From positions 139,253-203,252 of the forward strand of contig JBGSQQ010000030.1 of the NCBI GenBank assembly GCA_041737945.1: 64,000 bases of DNA, read 5' to 3'. The first letter of the stretch is position 1. Each line of letters starts with the position of its first letter. Below are positions 55,900 through 64,000 of the stretch, in pieces. The DNA comes from Chryseolinea sp. GTDB taxonomy: Bacteria > Bacteroidota > Bacteroidia > Cytophagales > Cyclobacteriaceae. The notes beneath the pieces are model-generated. The model made no database searches and was not told where the DNA came from. It saw only the letters and a program-made list of their open reading frames with translations. The position numbers and the translations under genes are program-made.

Positions 55900-57462
55900 A
55901 TGAATCCGACCAAAAGAATAGGCATGATCCTGGCGGTTATCTTTCTGATACCGGCACTATTCTTTTCAGTCTACGAAATTTCTTCGTTAAACAAAGACGA
56001 GGAAATGATAACCGAAATTTATCAGAAACAACTCGAAACTATCCTCTTCTCCGTCAACCAGTATTCCGACGATGCACTAAACAGCTGGATATCAAAAACA
56101 CAAGCCTATTTTGATACAGGTGATGATTCAAGCAGGAATGAAGCGCTTCAAAATTTAATGCTTCTCAACTCACCCATCCAGGTGATCTTTATCGTCGATA
56201 GCATTGACGGAAATCCGGAAATACAGGTGTTCACGTTAGACAGCACTTTACACGACGCTACTTTGCCTGCGCTTGAAGAAGCTCTGAAACCAATCCATAC
56301 CGAAATACTTCAGCTCATCAAGTACAAGAAAAGCGGCTTTCAAAAGCCAATGGCACTTGAACCAATGGATAATACGCTAACCGATCGACAGACCCTCATA
56401 TTTATCACCGAAAATTCTTTGCGAGCATATAGGGTAACCGGATTTATTCTTTATCCCGAAGCGTTTGTTGAAGACTTTGTAGGCCCCCGACTTCAAACAA
56501 TTGCCAAAGATCAATTTATTATTTCAGTCAACCGGAAATCCTCCGGAGCACGTGTTTACTCTACCCTTTCTGGAGACACAGTCCGGTCTTCCGGGCTAGC
56601 GAAGGACTTGTGGATATTTCCGGATTACTCCCTTGGAATTCGCACGCAAGGGGCCTCTCTTCAGGAATTAGTCCGACAACGCACGCGCACCAATTTATAC
56701 TTGCTACTCGGCCTGGATGCTATTCTGATTATTGCGGTAGCATTGGCATTCAGAAATATTAAACGGGAGGTGCAGCTCGCTCAGAATAAAGCAGATTTTG
56801 TGTCCAACGTTTCACACGAAATCCGAACACCCTTAGCCTTAATAAGCATGTTTGCAGAAACACTGGAACTCGACAGGGTGAAGTCGGAGGAAAAGAAACA
56901 TGAGTATTATTCCATCATCAACAAGGAGACTCAACGGCTCACCGGAATCGTAAACAAAATATTGAATTTCAGTCAGACGGAAGCAAATAAAAAACCCCTT
57001 CAACCAAAGCCAGTTGGCCTGTCCACTCAGATTAACGAAGTTCTCAAAACCTATGACTTTCATTTGAAAAATAAAGGCTTCCAATACACCTTGGAGATTC
57101 CCGGTGAAGTAAAAGTCCTCGCGGATAGTGAAGCGCTCACGGAAATTATTGTCAACCTGCTCGAAAATGCTATTAAGTATAGCCCTGATCGCAAAGAGAT
57201 TACGATTACAACAGGCACAGATAACCAGATGGGATGGATGGCCATCGAGGACTATGGTATCGGGATTAGCAAAAGCGATCAGAAGCATATTTTTGACAAG
57301 TTTTATCGCGTCTCGAGTGGAAATCTTGCCAAGAGTCCCGGCACCGGACTGGGATTGTCGTTGGTGAAACAACTTGTAGAAAAACTTAATGGAAAAATTT
57401 CCGTTACTAGCGAAGTCGGTAAAGGCTCAAAATTCACTGTCTGTTTTCCACTGGCAAAGTAA
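55900..57462 (+). CDS. Two-component sensor histidine kinase
   Basis: Two TM segments around a periplasmic domain, H-box FVSNVSHEIRTPL, NLLENAIKYS, DYGIGI and GTGLGLSLV. Confidence 0.96.
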   Translation: MNPTKRIGMILAVIFLIPALFFSVYEISSLNKDEEMITEIYQKQLETILFSVNQYSDDALNSWISKTQAYFDTGDDSSRNEALQNLMLLNSPIQVIFIVDSIDGNPEIQVFTLDSTLHDATLPALEEALKPIHTEILQLIKYKKSGFQKPMALEPMDNTLTDRQTLIFITENSLRAYRVTGFILYPEAFVEDFVGPRLQTIAKDQFIISVNRKSSGARVYSTLSGDTVRSSGLAKDLWIFPDYSLGIRTQGASLQELVRQRTRTNLYLLLGLDAILIIAVALAFRNIKREVQLAQNKADFVSNVSHEIRTPLALISMFAETLELDRVKSEEKKHEYYSIINKETQRLTGIVNKILNFSQTEANKKPLQPKPVGLSTQINEVLKTYDFHLKNKGFQYTLEIPGEVKVLADSEALTEIIVNLLENAIKYSPDRKEITITTGTDNQMGWMAIEDYGIGISKSDQKHIFDKFYRVSSGNLAKSPGTGLGLSLVKQLVEKLNGKISVTSEVGKGSKFTVCFPLAK

Positions 57463-57465
57463 CCT

Positions 57466-58146
57466 ATGGCGCACATCCTATTGGTCGAAGACGAACCATC
57501 CATGCAACTTGGGTTAAAAGATAATCTGGAGTTGGAGTCGTATCAGGTGGATATTGCCGTCGATGGTGAAATCGGTCTTCAAAAAATTATCAGCAGCTCC
57601 TATGATCTCGTCTTGTTAGATGTAATGCTTCCGAAGCTTTCAGGGTTTGATGTCTGCAAAAACGCACGGGCGGCTGGCATCACCACACCCATCATTCTAC
57701 TTACAGCCCGTGGTGAAGAGATTGACAAGATTTTAGGATTGGAGTTAGGTGCGGATGACTACATCACAAAACCCTTTAGCGTTCGGGAATTGCTCGCCCG
57801 TGTAAAGGCCCTGCTGCGCAGAGCCAGCAGTTCCGCTCCAAAGGAGTCCGCTATTGCTATTGGCAGATTAAAAATTGAATTCAATACATTTCAGGCCTTT
57901 GAAAATGGAATTGAAATCAGGTTGTCGCACAAAGAGTTTGAAATCCTTTCCTACTTGTATCAAAACAAGAACAAAGTAGTCAGTCGATACAACCTTCTGG
58001 AGAAAGTGTGGGGCTATGATGAACAACCCACGACCCGCACCGTCGACAATTTTGTGGTGCGTCTTCGTCAAAAGATAGAAGTCAACTCCAATCAGCCCAA
58101 AATAATCCTCACGGTGCATGGGTTGGGTTACAAGATGGTAGTCTGA
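57466..58146 (+). CDS. OmpR/PhoB-family response regulator
   Basis: ILLVEDE, LLDVMLP, GADDYITKPF and winged-helix RTVDNFVVRLRQKIE...TVHGLGY. Confidence 0.96.
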   Translation: MAHILLVEDEPSMQLGLKDNLELESYQVDIAVDGEIGLQKIISSSYDLVLLDVMLPKLSGFDVCKNARAAGITTPIILLTARGEEIDKILGLELGADDYITKPFSVRELLARVKALLRRASSSAPKESAIAIGRLKIEFNTFQAFENGIEIRLSHKEFEILSYLYQNKNKVVSRYNLLEKVWGYDEQPTTRTVDNFVVRLRQKIEVNSNQPKIILTVHGLGYKMVV

Positions 58147-58192
58147 CGTAACTCGTGGAGTGGGTAAGTCCTCCCATACGCGGGTAAGAAAA

Positions 58193-58221
58193 TCTTGTTA
58201 CATCTTGTTACAAACCTTTAC
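58193..58221 (+). promoter_or_regulatory. Candidate OmpR-type direct-repeat binding site
   Basis: TCTTGTTACA twice in tandem plus a third TTAC, at an exact 10-bp period (58198, 58208, 58218). Confidence 0.55.
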
Positions 58222-58301
58222 TGTGCTGTGACATCCCTGCCTGGTTACGCCGCGTTCTTTGTACTGTAACGAAGTCAACAAAACCTTCAAACAAAATTGT
58301 T

Positions 58302-58709
58302 ATGAAAACTAAAACGCTAATTCTTGGTGTGGTGATCGCAATCATCAGTGCATTTACAGTAAGTCATGCAAAGGCTCAGGATGGTCAACTTCCTGCAGTG
58401 AAGATTATCCCAACCGATGAGGTGGATGTAGTTAAAATAATTTACGCATATGATTCTCGTGAATCAGTTACCGTGAGCTTTCTGGATGAGGATGGAATTT
58501 TCTTTGAGGACAGAATACAGGGCGAAAACCTGGCAAATGGGTTCATCAAAAAGTACAAATTGAGCCCAATCTACGGTAGGGAAGTCAGGGTTGAACTCAG
58601 TAGCCTCGATTTGACGGTTACCTACCGTCTTAGGGTAACGAAGAATGGCACATGGAGCGCCCAGCTACATACAACCACCTACAATTATCCTGTCGTTGCA
58701 ATGAAATAG
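58302..58709 (+). CDS. Small secreted beta-sandwich hypothetical protein
   Basis: Signal peptide MKTKTLILG...HAKAQ and a beta-rich mature region. Confidence 0.7.
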   Translation: MKTKTLILGVVIAIISAFTVSHAKAQDGQLPAVKIIPTDEVDVVKIIYAYDSRESVTVSFLDEDGIFFEDRIQGENLANGFIKKYKLSPIYGREVRVELSSLDLTVTYRLRVTKNGTWSAQLHTTTYNYPVVAMK

Positions 58710-58795
58710 CATTTTTATGGGGAGGTGAGGTAAGCTGATTTGAGTTACCTCCCTTCTCCATAGTTTTGTATTTTTGAACCTAAACCGAATTTTTT

Positions 58796-59788
58796 GTGAA
58801 ACCTGCTTCGCTGGTCATACTGCTATTGTTGTTAAGTGTTCTTGCCAGCGCCCAAGTAATTAATTTGAGGGGCAGCTGGAAATTTCAAATTGGCGATAAG
58901 AACTCCTGGTCTGCTGCCACGTTCGATGACCGGAGTTGGGAGTCGATCCGTGCGCCATCACCCTGGGAGGACGAGGGATTTAATGGATATGACGGATTTG
59001 CCTGGTATCGTAAAAAATTTGATGGCAGATCGCTTTCAAAGAACGACACCTACTATCTCAACCTGGGTTTTATAGATGACTGTGATGAAGTGTACCTCAA
59101 CGGCGTATTGATTGGGTTTTCCGGGTCTATGCCTCCAAAATTTAAGACAGCATATAATAATGAGCGAAGATATCCCTTGTCGAATGAGATGATAAACTTT
59201 GAAGGCATGAATACATTGGCCATCCGGGTTTTTGATGTTACGCTGGGAGGTGGAATCATCGACGGCGACCTGGGGATTTACAAGTCGCCCAAAAGTCGGA
59301 TGTTGGTGGATTTACAAGGGATGTGGCAATTCCATAAAACCTGGAGCGACAAGCCGGTTCCGCAAGGTAATGATTGGGAAAAAATTCTGGTGCCATCGCC
59401 GTGGGAGCATCAGGGATTTCCAAAATATGATGGCAACGCATGGTATAGGCGTACTTTTACTGTTTCTGAAAGTGTGCTGCAGAAAGGAGAAGACCTCATC
59501 CTGCTGATGGGGAAGGTAGATGATTTTGACCGGACTTACATAAACGGAAAACTGATAGGAAACACGAATGATGGCCGACCTTACGGAAGGAGTCAGTCGT
59601 TCGACAAACTACGGGTATACACCATCCCTCGGGGACTATTGAAAAACGGATCAAATACCGTGGAAGTTTTTGTCGTGGATATGGGTAATTTTGGTGGAAT
59701 TTACGAAGGCCCCGTTGGTATAACCACGCGCGCCGTGTATGAGCGGTACTACAAATCTGAATATGGTTTCTTTTGGGAAAATGAATAG
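58796..59788 (+). CDS. Secreted protein with two tandem galactose-binding jelly-roll (GH2 sugar-binding-like) domains
   Basis: Repeated LxGxWxF...W..I..PSPWE..GF..YDG.AWYR..F...L.G.(I/V)DD.D..Y.NG.LIG pattern occurs twice. Confidence 0.82.
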   Translation: MKPASLVILLLLLSVLASAQVINLRGSWKFQIGDKNSWSAATFDDRSWESIRAPSPWEDEGFNGYDGFAWYRKKFDGRSLSKNDTYYLNLGFIDDCDEVYLNGVLIGFSGSMPPKFKTAYNNERRYPLSNEMINFEGMNTLAIRVFDVTLGGGIIDGDLGIYKSPKSRMLVDLQGMWQFHKTWSDKPVPQGNDWEKILVPSPWEHQGFPKYDGNAWYRRTFTVSESVLQKGEDLILLMGKVDDFDRTYINGKLIGNTNDGRPYGRSQSFDKLRVYTIPRGLLKNGSNTVEVFVVDMGNFGGIYEGPVGITTRAVYERYYKSEYGFFWENE

Positions 59789-60121
59789 CGCGTTTCCGTA
59801 TTTTTTTCTGGCGCCGGACTAATCCTTTGGTCTGAGAAAGTACTAGAGTTGGGTAATACGGCAGGAGCGGGGATCGAATTCCACGTGGCATTAAACAAAC
59901 TTAAGCAGAGTAATCAAACGCCCGAAATTACCAACAATCCCTCGGCCTATATATTCTATAACCTGTATTATTGAGTGCAGTATACCGCCGAAGGAAAACT
60001 TAGGGCAGTTCTGCAACCCACCCTCAACTACTCATTGTATATTGATCAGAATTTGAATGCACCATTTTATGTAAAACCGTATGGGCTGGGGTTAAACATT
60101 GGTTGTACGTATAACTTCTGA
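59789..60121 (+). pseudogene. C-terminal remnant of an outer-membrane beta-barrel gene with an internal stop
   Basis: The frame reads ...AGAGIEFH...YNLYY*VQY...LQPTLNYSL...APFYVKPYGLGLNIGCTYNF*. It shows alternating beta-strands and a terminal YxF, with no start codon or signal peptide and a TGA at 59972. Confidence 0.65.
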
Positions 60122-60139
60122 TGCTATGGCACGGTCTTT

Positions 60140-60484
60140 TTAAGACTTGATCATCGTCAACAACATCTTAAACGGACTGATCGCAATGAGGGCGTGAGGT
60201 ACGTTGGCCGGCAGGAGGATCATTTGACCTTTTTTTACAACATGGACCTTTTCGGCAACGGTAATTTCTGCTTCTCCATCAACGAGATAAACAATTGCCT
60301 CAAACGGAGCCGTATGTTCACTTAGCCCTTGCCCTTTATCAAACGCAAACAACGTAACGGTGCCTGTCTGTTTTTTAATGATGGTTTTACTCACGACTGA
60401 GTCCTTCTGGTACGAGATGATATTTTCCAGGTTGCCGGGCTGTCCGGAGAGGATATCGTTCGTGGGTTGTTTTTCGTCTGCCAT
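60140..60484 (-). CDS. Cupin domain protein (DUF1971/AraC-ligand-like small cupin)
   Basis: GTVTLFAFDKGQGLSEHTAPF, GEAEITV and LPANVPHAL. Confidence 0.9.
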   Translation of the reverse strand: MADEKQPTNDILSGQPGNLENIISYQKDSVVSKTIIKKQTGTVTLFAFDKGQGLSEHTAPFEAIVYLVDGEAEITVAEKVHVVKKGQMILLPANVPHALIAISPFKMLLTMIKS

Positions 60485-60540
60485 GGATTTCTGTATTGAC
60501 GTTCCTCAATATAAGCATTCAAATGGTGAGGTGATGAACG

Positions 60541-62565
60541 TCACTCAACGACTATCATCCGATGAATATCCAATACCGGCAGGTTAATTACGATCTTGCC
60601 GTTCTTATATGAATAGGGCAGTGTTTTATTATCAGGTTGCAGAACAACACGTTTCGGTTTCGGCCGATCGATGGCGACGGTCAGGGGACCAATAGCCGGC
60701 ACTTCATCATAGGCATAAACATTTTTATCCGTATGTGGCCCGCCGACGTTGATCAGGTGGATTATCGTGGCGTCTTTCAGTTTGCTTACTGCTACGTGTA
60801 CCAGATGCGATCCTTCCACTGTTACTATCGGCTTTTTAAATAACGTGTTGGCCAGTTGATTTAAAAAATCCCTTTCCAACGGTGACTTATTGAGTACGTA
60901 ATTCTCACCAAGGTTTAGAAAAACTGTGGCGATTTCGCCTTTGCCGTAGGCCGTGATACTTGCTGCCGGCAGGGAAGGGGTTCTGAAATCGTCCTTCAGA
61001 AAAACATGGCCAAATGCAGTTGATTTGTTTGACAAAGTTACGGGAAGTACCATTCCGGTCATCGCGGTCATGCGATTTTGGAAAGCTAGGTACTGGACCT
61101 TGTTCACCGCCGGTTTACTGCTGACTTGTATGCCCGCTTCTTTTTCAAAGAGTTGAACAGCTTCGGGTCCGATGATCATAAGTTTGCCGCCTTTCGCGGC
61201 ATAGTCCAGTAGTTCAGCCTTAAACGACGGTTGTAAATAATTCCATTCCGGAACAATGATCAACGGATAGCTATCCATCATTTGATGGAGATGGTGTTCC
61301 ATCACTACCTCTACAACCTGCTGGCCATCGAGTAGTGCATTAAGAATCCCTTTCAGTCCATCCAGTCTGTCGTTTGTGAATGCCGCTCTGCTGCTTCGCT
61401 TGTGGGCTTCATCACTGTATAACAATGCGATCTGGTGCACAGGTTCTGCATATTGGCAGTAGGGCTGGCGTGGCCGGATGAACTCACTTAGTCCTTGCAT
61501 GGTCGGGATGTGCCAGGACTTAATGGAGGCGTCGCGGTTTTGCTGAAAGTAACATTGAAAGCCCCCGCCTACTGCAATGATCTGAGCGGCTTCCTGTGTG
61601 AGTTGTACAACCGATTTTTTTGACTGCACTTCAGGTCTGTCCCAGTTAAGGGTGAACGACCAACTCATGATATCCCACGGCTTATGAAACATGTTTCCCT
61701 GCGAAGCCAGGCATCGCCCTTCAAAGGCAGCATTGTACACACTGTTGGTAGGCGAAAGATCTCCGGAGAGGAAATCGACGTCAAGGGTAACAGGTTGTGG
61801 CATGAATGAAGAGAATGCCCAGTTGCTGGCAATCTGAAAGGAGGGATTGAATAGATGAACACTATCCACATACTTATCTACATACTCCAGAAATAATTTT
61901 CTGGTAAATTCCATGAACTCAAAATAGCCAGGTTCCCCAGGCTTTGGTAGCGCGGTTGCGCCGGTAGCCTTTTTGAACTTTGCCAGTGATGCTTCACTGT
62001 AGTCCGGTTTGGTAGCCCAGCAGTCTCCATCCACCCACACACCGTCAAGGCTATACGTACTGCTCAGTTCCTTTAGTTGTGGAATCAGTAGTTTGGTTAC
62101 ATAGTCACCGTGTACGGAAGTTTTTTCAGGGTCTCGTGCTCCGTCCGCCTGTACTACAGCCCACTCGGGATGTTGGCGTACAGCCTCGATATCGTAGACA
62201 CCGGAATGATGTGCATACAACGCCACGTGGTGGGCTGCCGTTACTTTCCTGAAAATTTGAAGGGGATCCTTTACAAAACCCCGGGCAGGAATTCCAGCTT
62301 TAGTGGGATAACTGGAAAAGCCGGGATGTCCTTTGCTGTCCACTTGAATAAAGTCCGGTTTGACTGCCCGCAGAAGGGAGTCTACCATTCCTTCGGTTAC
62401 CGTATTTCCAATCAGCGTATCATCCGCCGACGCATGGAAATCAAAATGTAATCCAAAAAAACTTTCTTTCCGGGTTAGCGTGCGGATTGTTTGCTGTGCG
62501 AATACAACTTGTGTAAGTTGTAAAAATACAATCACAACTACCACAATAGGTTTCGTCATAAGCAA
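60541..62565 (-). CDS. Secreted glycoside hydrolase (GHL6/alpha-L-fucosidase-like TIM barrel plus trimerisation-like domain)
   Basis: Signal peptide, FFGLHFDFH, IQVDSKGHPG.SSYPT, DGVWVDG and a class-I glutamine-amidotransferase-like middle domain. Confidence 0.72.
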   Translation of the reverse strand: MLMTKPIVVVVIVFLQLTQVVFAQQTIRTLTRKESFFGLHFDFHASADDTLIGNTVTEGMVDSLLRAVKPDFIQVDSKGHPGFSSYPTKAGIPARGFVKDPLQIFRKVTAAHHVALYAHHSGVYDIEAVRQHPEWAVVQADGARDPEKTSVHGDYVTKLLIPQLKELSSTYSLDGVWVDGDCWATKPDYSEASLAKFKKATGATALPKPGEPGYFEFMEFTRKLFLEYVDKYVDSVHLFNPSFQIASNWAFSSFMPQPVTLDVDFLSGDLSPTNSVYNAAFEGRCLASQGNMFHKPWDIMSWSFTLNWDRPEVQSKKSVVQLTQEAAQIIAVGGGFQCYFQQNRDASIKSWHIPTMQGLSEFIRPRQPYCQYAEPVHQIALLYSDEAHKRSSRAAFTNDRLDGLKGILNALLDGQQVVEVVMEHHLHQMMDSYPLIIVPEWNYLQPSFKAELLDYAAKGGKLMIIGPEAVQLFEKEAGIQVSSKPAVNKVQYLAFQNRMTAMTGMVLPVTLSNKSTAFGHVFLKDDFRTPSLPAASITAYGKGEIATVFLNLGENYVLNKSPLERDFLNQLANTLFKKPIVTVEGSHLVHVAVSKLKDATIIHLINVGGPHTDKNVYAYDEVPAIGPLTVAIDRPKPKRVVLQPDNKTLPYSYKNGKIVINLPVLDIHRMIVVE

Positions 62566-63429
62566 TTATCTGGCTTTCAAAAAATCGGCGCTCTCCTTCA
62601 GTCCGTCTTTCATCTCGACAAAATAATTCTTCACGCCACCGACTTTCGCTGCCGCATAGAATTCTTTCCAGTTTACTTTTCCTGTTCCCAGGGGAACCAT
62701 CTCTTCTCCGGTTCCTGACCAGTCATACAGGTGAGCGGAAATAAAACGCCCCGGATATTTACGGAAGTAGTCAGCGGCTTTATAACCTTTATCGATTACG
62801 GCAACCTGAAACTGCATCTTGACCAGCGAAGGATCAAATTCTTTCAACAGCACATCATAGATCAACTCGCCTTCAAGTTTTTCAAATTCAGTATGGTGGT
62901 TGTGAAAGCCCATTTGAATGCCTGCTTTCTTCGACAGTTCACCGATCTTGTTCAACTCATTGGCAACTCTTTTCCAGTCCGACAACGTAGCGGTTTTTGG
63001 TAACCCGAAGGCTGCGACTATCATTTGCTCCAGGCCCAGTTCTTTGGCATAGGCAATACGTGCCGGGCCGTGTTCATTCAATTCACCAAATCCATAGTGG
63101 CAACTGATGCAGCTAAACCCATGTTCGTGGATGATACTTTTTAATTCAGGGGCTGTCAGTTTTTCGAGAGCACCAAATCCGGATTTGGCATACCAGGGTG
63201 GTGAACACATCTCAATGCTGTTATACCCGAGGTGAGCCATAGACTTAAGGGTGCCGGCGAAATCCTTCTCAATTTGGTCTCTGACAATCCAGCTCTGGAA
63301 ACCAATAGGTCCCTTGCCTTTAGCTATCGTGTTGCCTTCCCCGTGAAGAAGGCTTGGTGCGAGAACAGTTGCACCGGCAAGTGCAGCAGCGCTTTGGGAA
63401 ATGAATGATCTTCTGGTAAGGTGATTCAT
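62566..63429 (-). CDS. Sugar phosphate isomerase/epimerase (xylose isomerase-like TIM barrel) with Tat signal
   Basis: TRRSFI twin-arginine leader, GFHNHH.EF, SAHLYD and YFVEM. Confidence 0.9.
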   Translation of the reverse strand: MNHLTRRSFISQSAAALAGATVLAPSLLHGEGNTIAKGKGPIGFQSWIVRDQIEKDFAGTLKSMAHLGYNSIEMCSPPWYAKSGFGALEKLTAPELKSIIHEHGFSCISCHYGFGELNEHGPARIAYAKELGLEQMIVAAFGLPKTATLSDWKRVANELNKIGELSKKAGIQMGFHNHHTEFEKLEGELIYDVLLKEFDPSLVKMQFQVAVIDKGYKAADYFRKYPGRFISAHLYDWSGTGEEMVPLGTGKVNWKEFYAAAKVGGVKNYFVEMKDGLKESADFLKAR

Positions 63430-63544
63430 AGGTTTGGATTCAGTGTTATAAGTAATTCCATTAACGTTTTAATGTACAAAATTGTATTTCAAAATACGAA
63501 AGGAAAGTGATGAGCTGGTCATTGATTATTTAAACGCCAATTCA

Positions 63545-63841
63545 TTACCTGCCCGCAGACTTCTCCTTGATCAGAACAGCGTATTCCGGGTGCAACTTGA
63601 TGTACTTAGACACAAACGGACAGTACACCATAATCTTCAAGGTCTTCGCTTTGGCATATTCCAGGGCAAATTTTGCCAGGGCCGCGGAATGCCCTTTGCC
63701 CCGACCTGCCTCCGGAATGAAGGTATGCATGAATGCGATATCCCCCTGATACCAACGATACTCAAGATATCCAATGTCGTCGCCGATGTTGGTTTCAAAG
63801 CGATGCTGCTTTTCATTCATGGTAACGAAAATATCATCCAT
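63545..63841 (-). CDS. Small GNAT-family N-acetyltransferase (YjdJ-like)
   Basis: FMHTFIPEAGRGKGHSAALAKFALEYA and YCPFVSKYI..HPEY. Start uncertain (63820-63868). Confidence 0.9.
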   Translation of the reverse strand: MDDIFVTMNEKQHRFETNIGDDIGYLEYRWYQGDIAFMHTFIPEAGRGKGHSAALAKFALEYAKAKTLKIMVYCPFVSKYIKLHPEYAVLIKEKSAGR

Positions 63842-64000
63842 TGCGCAAGAGATGTTTATTGAGGTCAATTTATAAAAAATGGAGAAAAAGGTATAATACC
63901 GTTGGCGGTTCGAATAGCCGTCGTTGTGTTATTGTGCTTTGGTACCCTGGATTAATTCATTAGTTTTAGTTGTCTGCGAATACAACAACGATTAAGAACA

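Noticed and set aside
1-64000. tRNA, rRNA, riboswitch, prophage or defence-system genes
   Set aside because: No cloverleaf, rRNA-like or phage/defence protein motifs were recognised by eye. A tRNAscan/Infernal/DefenseFinder run would be needed to exclude them fully.

Overview
Chromosomal fragment of a Bacteroidota bacterium, most likely Cytophagales. Evidence: a T9SS type-B cargo plus PorP/SprF pair, a SusC/SusD pair and TAnnTTTG promoters. 1-27.4 kb is largely core genome: yidC (partial), pyrG, a 2800-aa T9SS adhesin-like protein plus PorP/SprF, a CCA-adding-type nucleotidyltransferase, an ECF sigma/anti-sigma pair, msrA and a LacI-linked alpha-glucoside locus (MFS, GH31, LacI, SusC, SusD). 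27.4-52 kb is an accessory region. It holds an IS4-family element, orphan secreted proteins and a multidomain T9SS metallopeptidase. It also carries a dense set of oriented palindromic intergenic repeats: six ~150-bp three-hairpin units, six copies of a 36-bp repeat, RPE-like elements and two Flavo-1-like RNAs. These repeats punctuate a run of co-oriented minus-strand genes and are themselves targeted by an IS110 stub and the IS4. 52-64 kb holds metabolic genes, a two-component system with a candidate OmpR-type binding site, an unannotated beta-barrel gene remnant and a glycoside-hydrolase operon. A 268-bp MITE-like element with terminal inverted repeats and a target duplication sits at 11.9-12.2 kb. 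No rRNA, tRNA or CRISPR array was seen. All family assignments come from motif recognition, without database searches.
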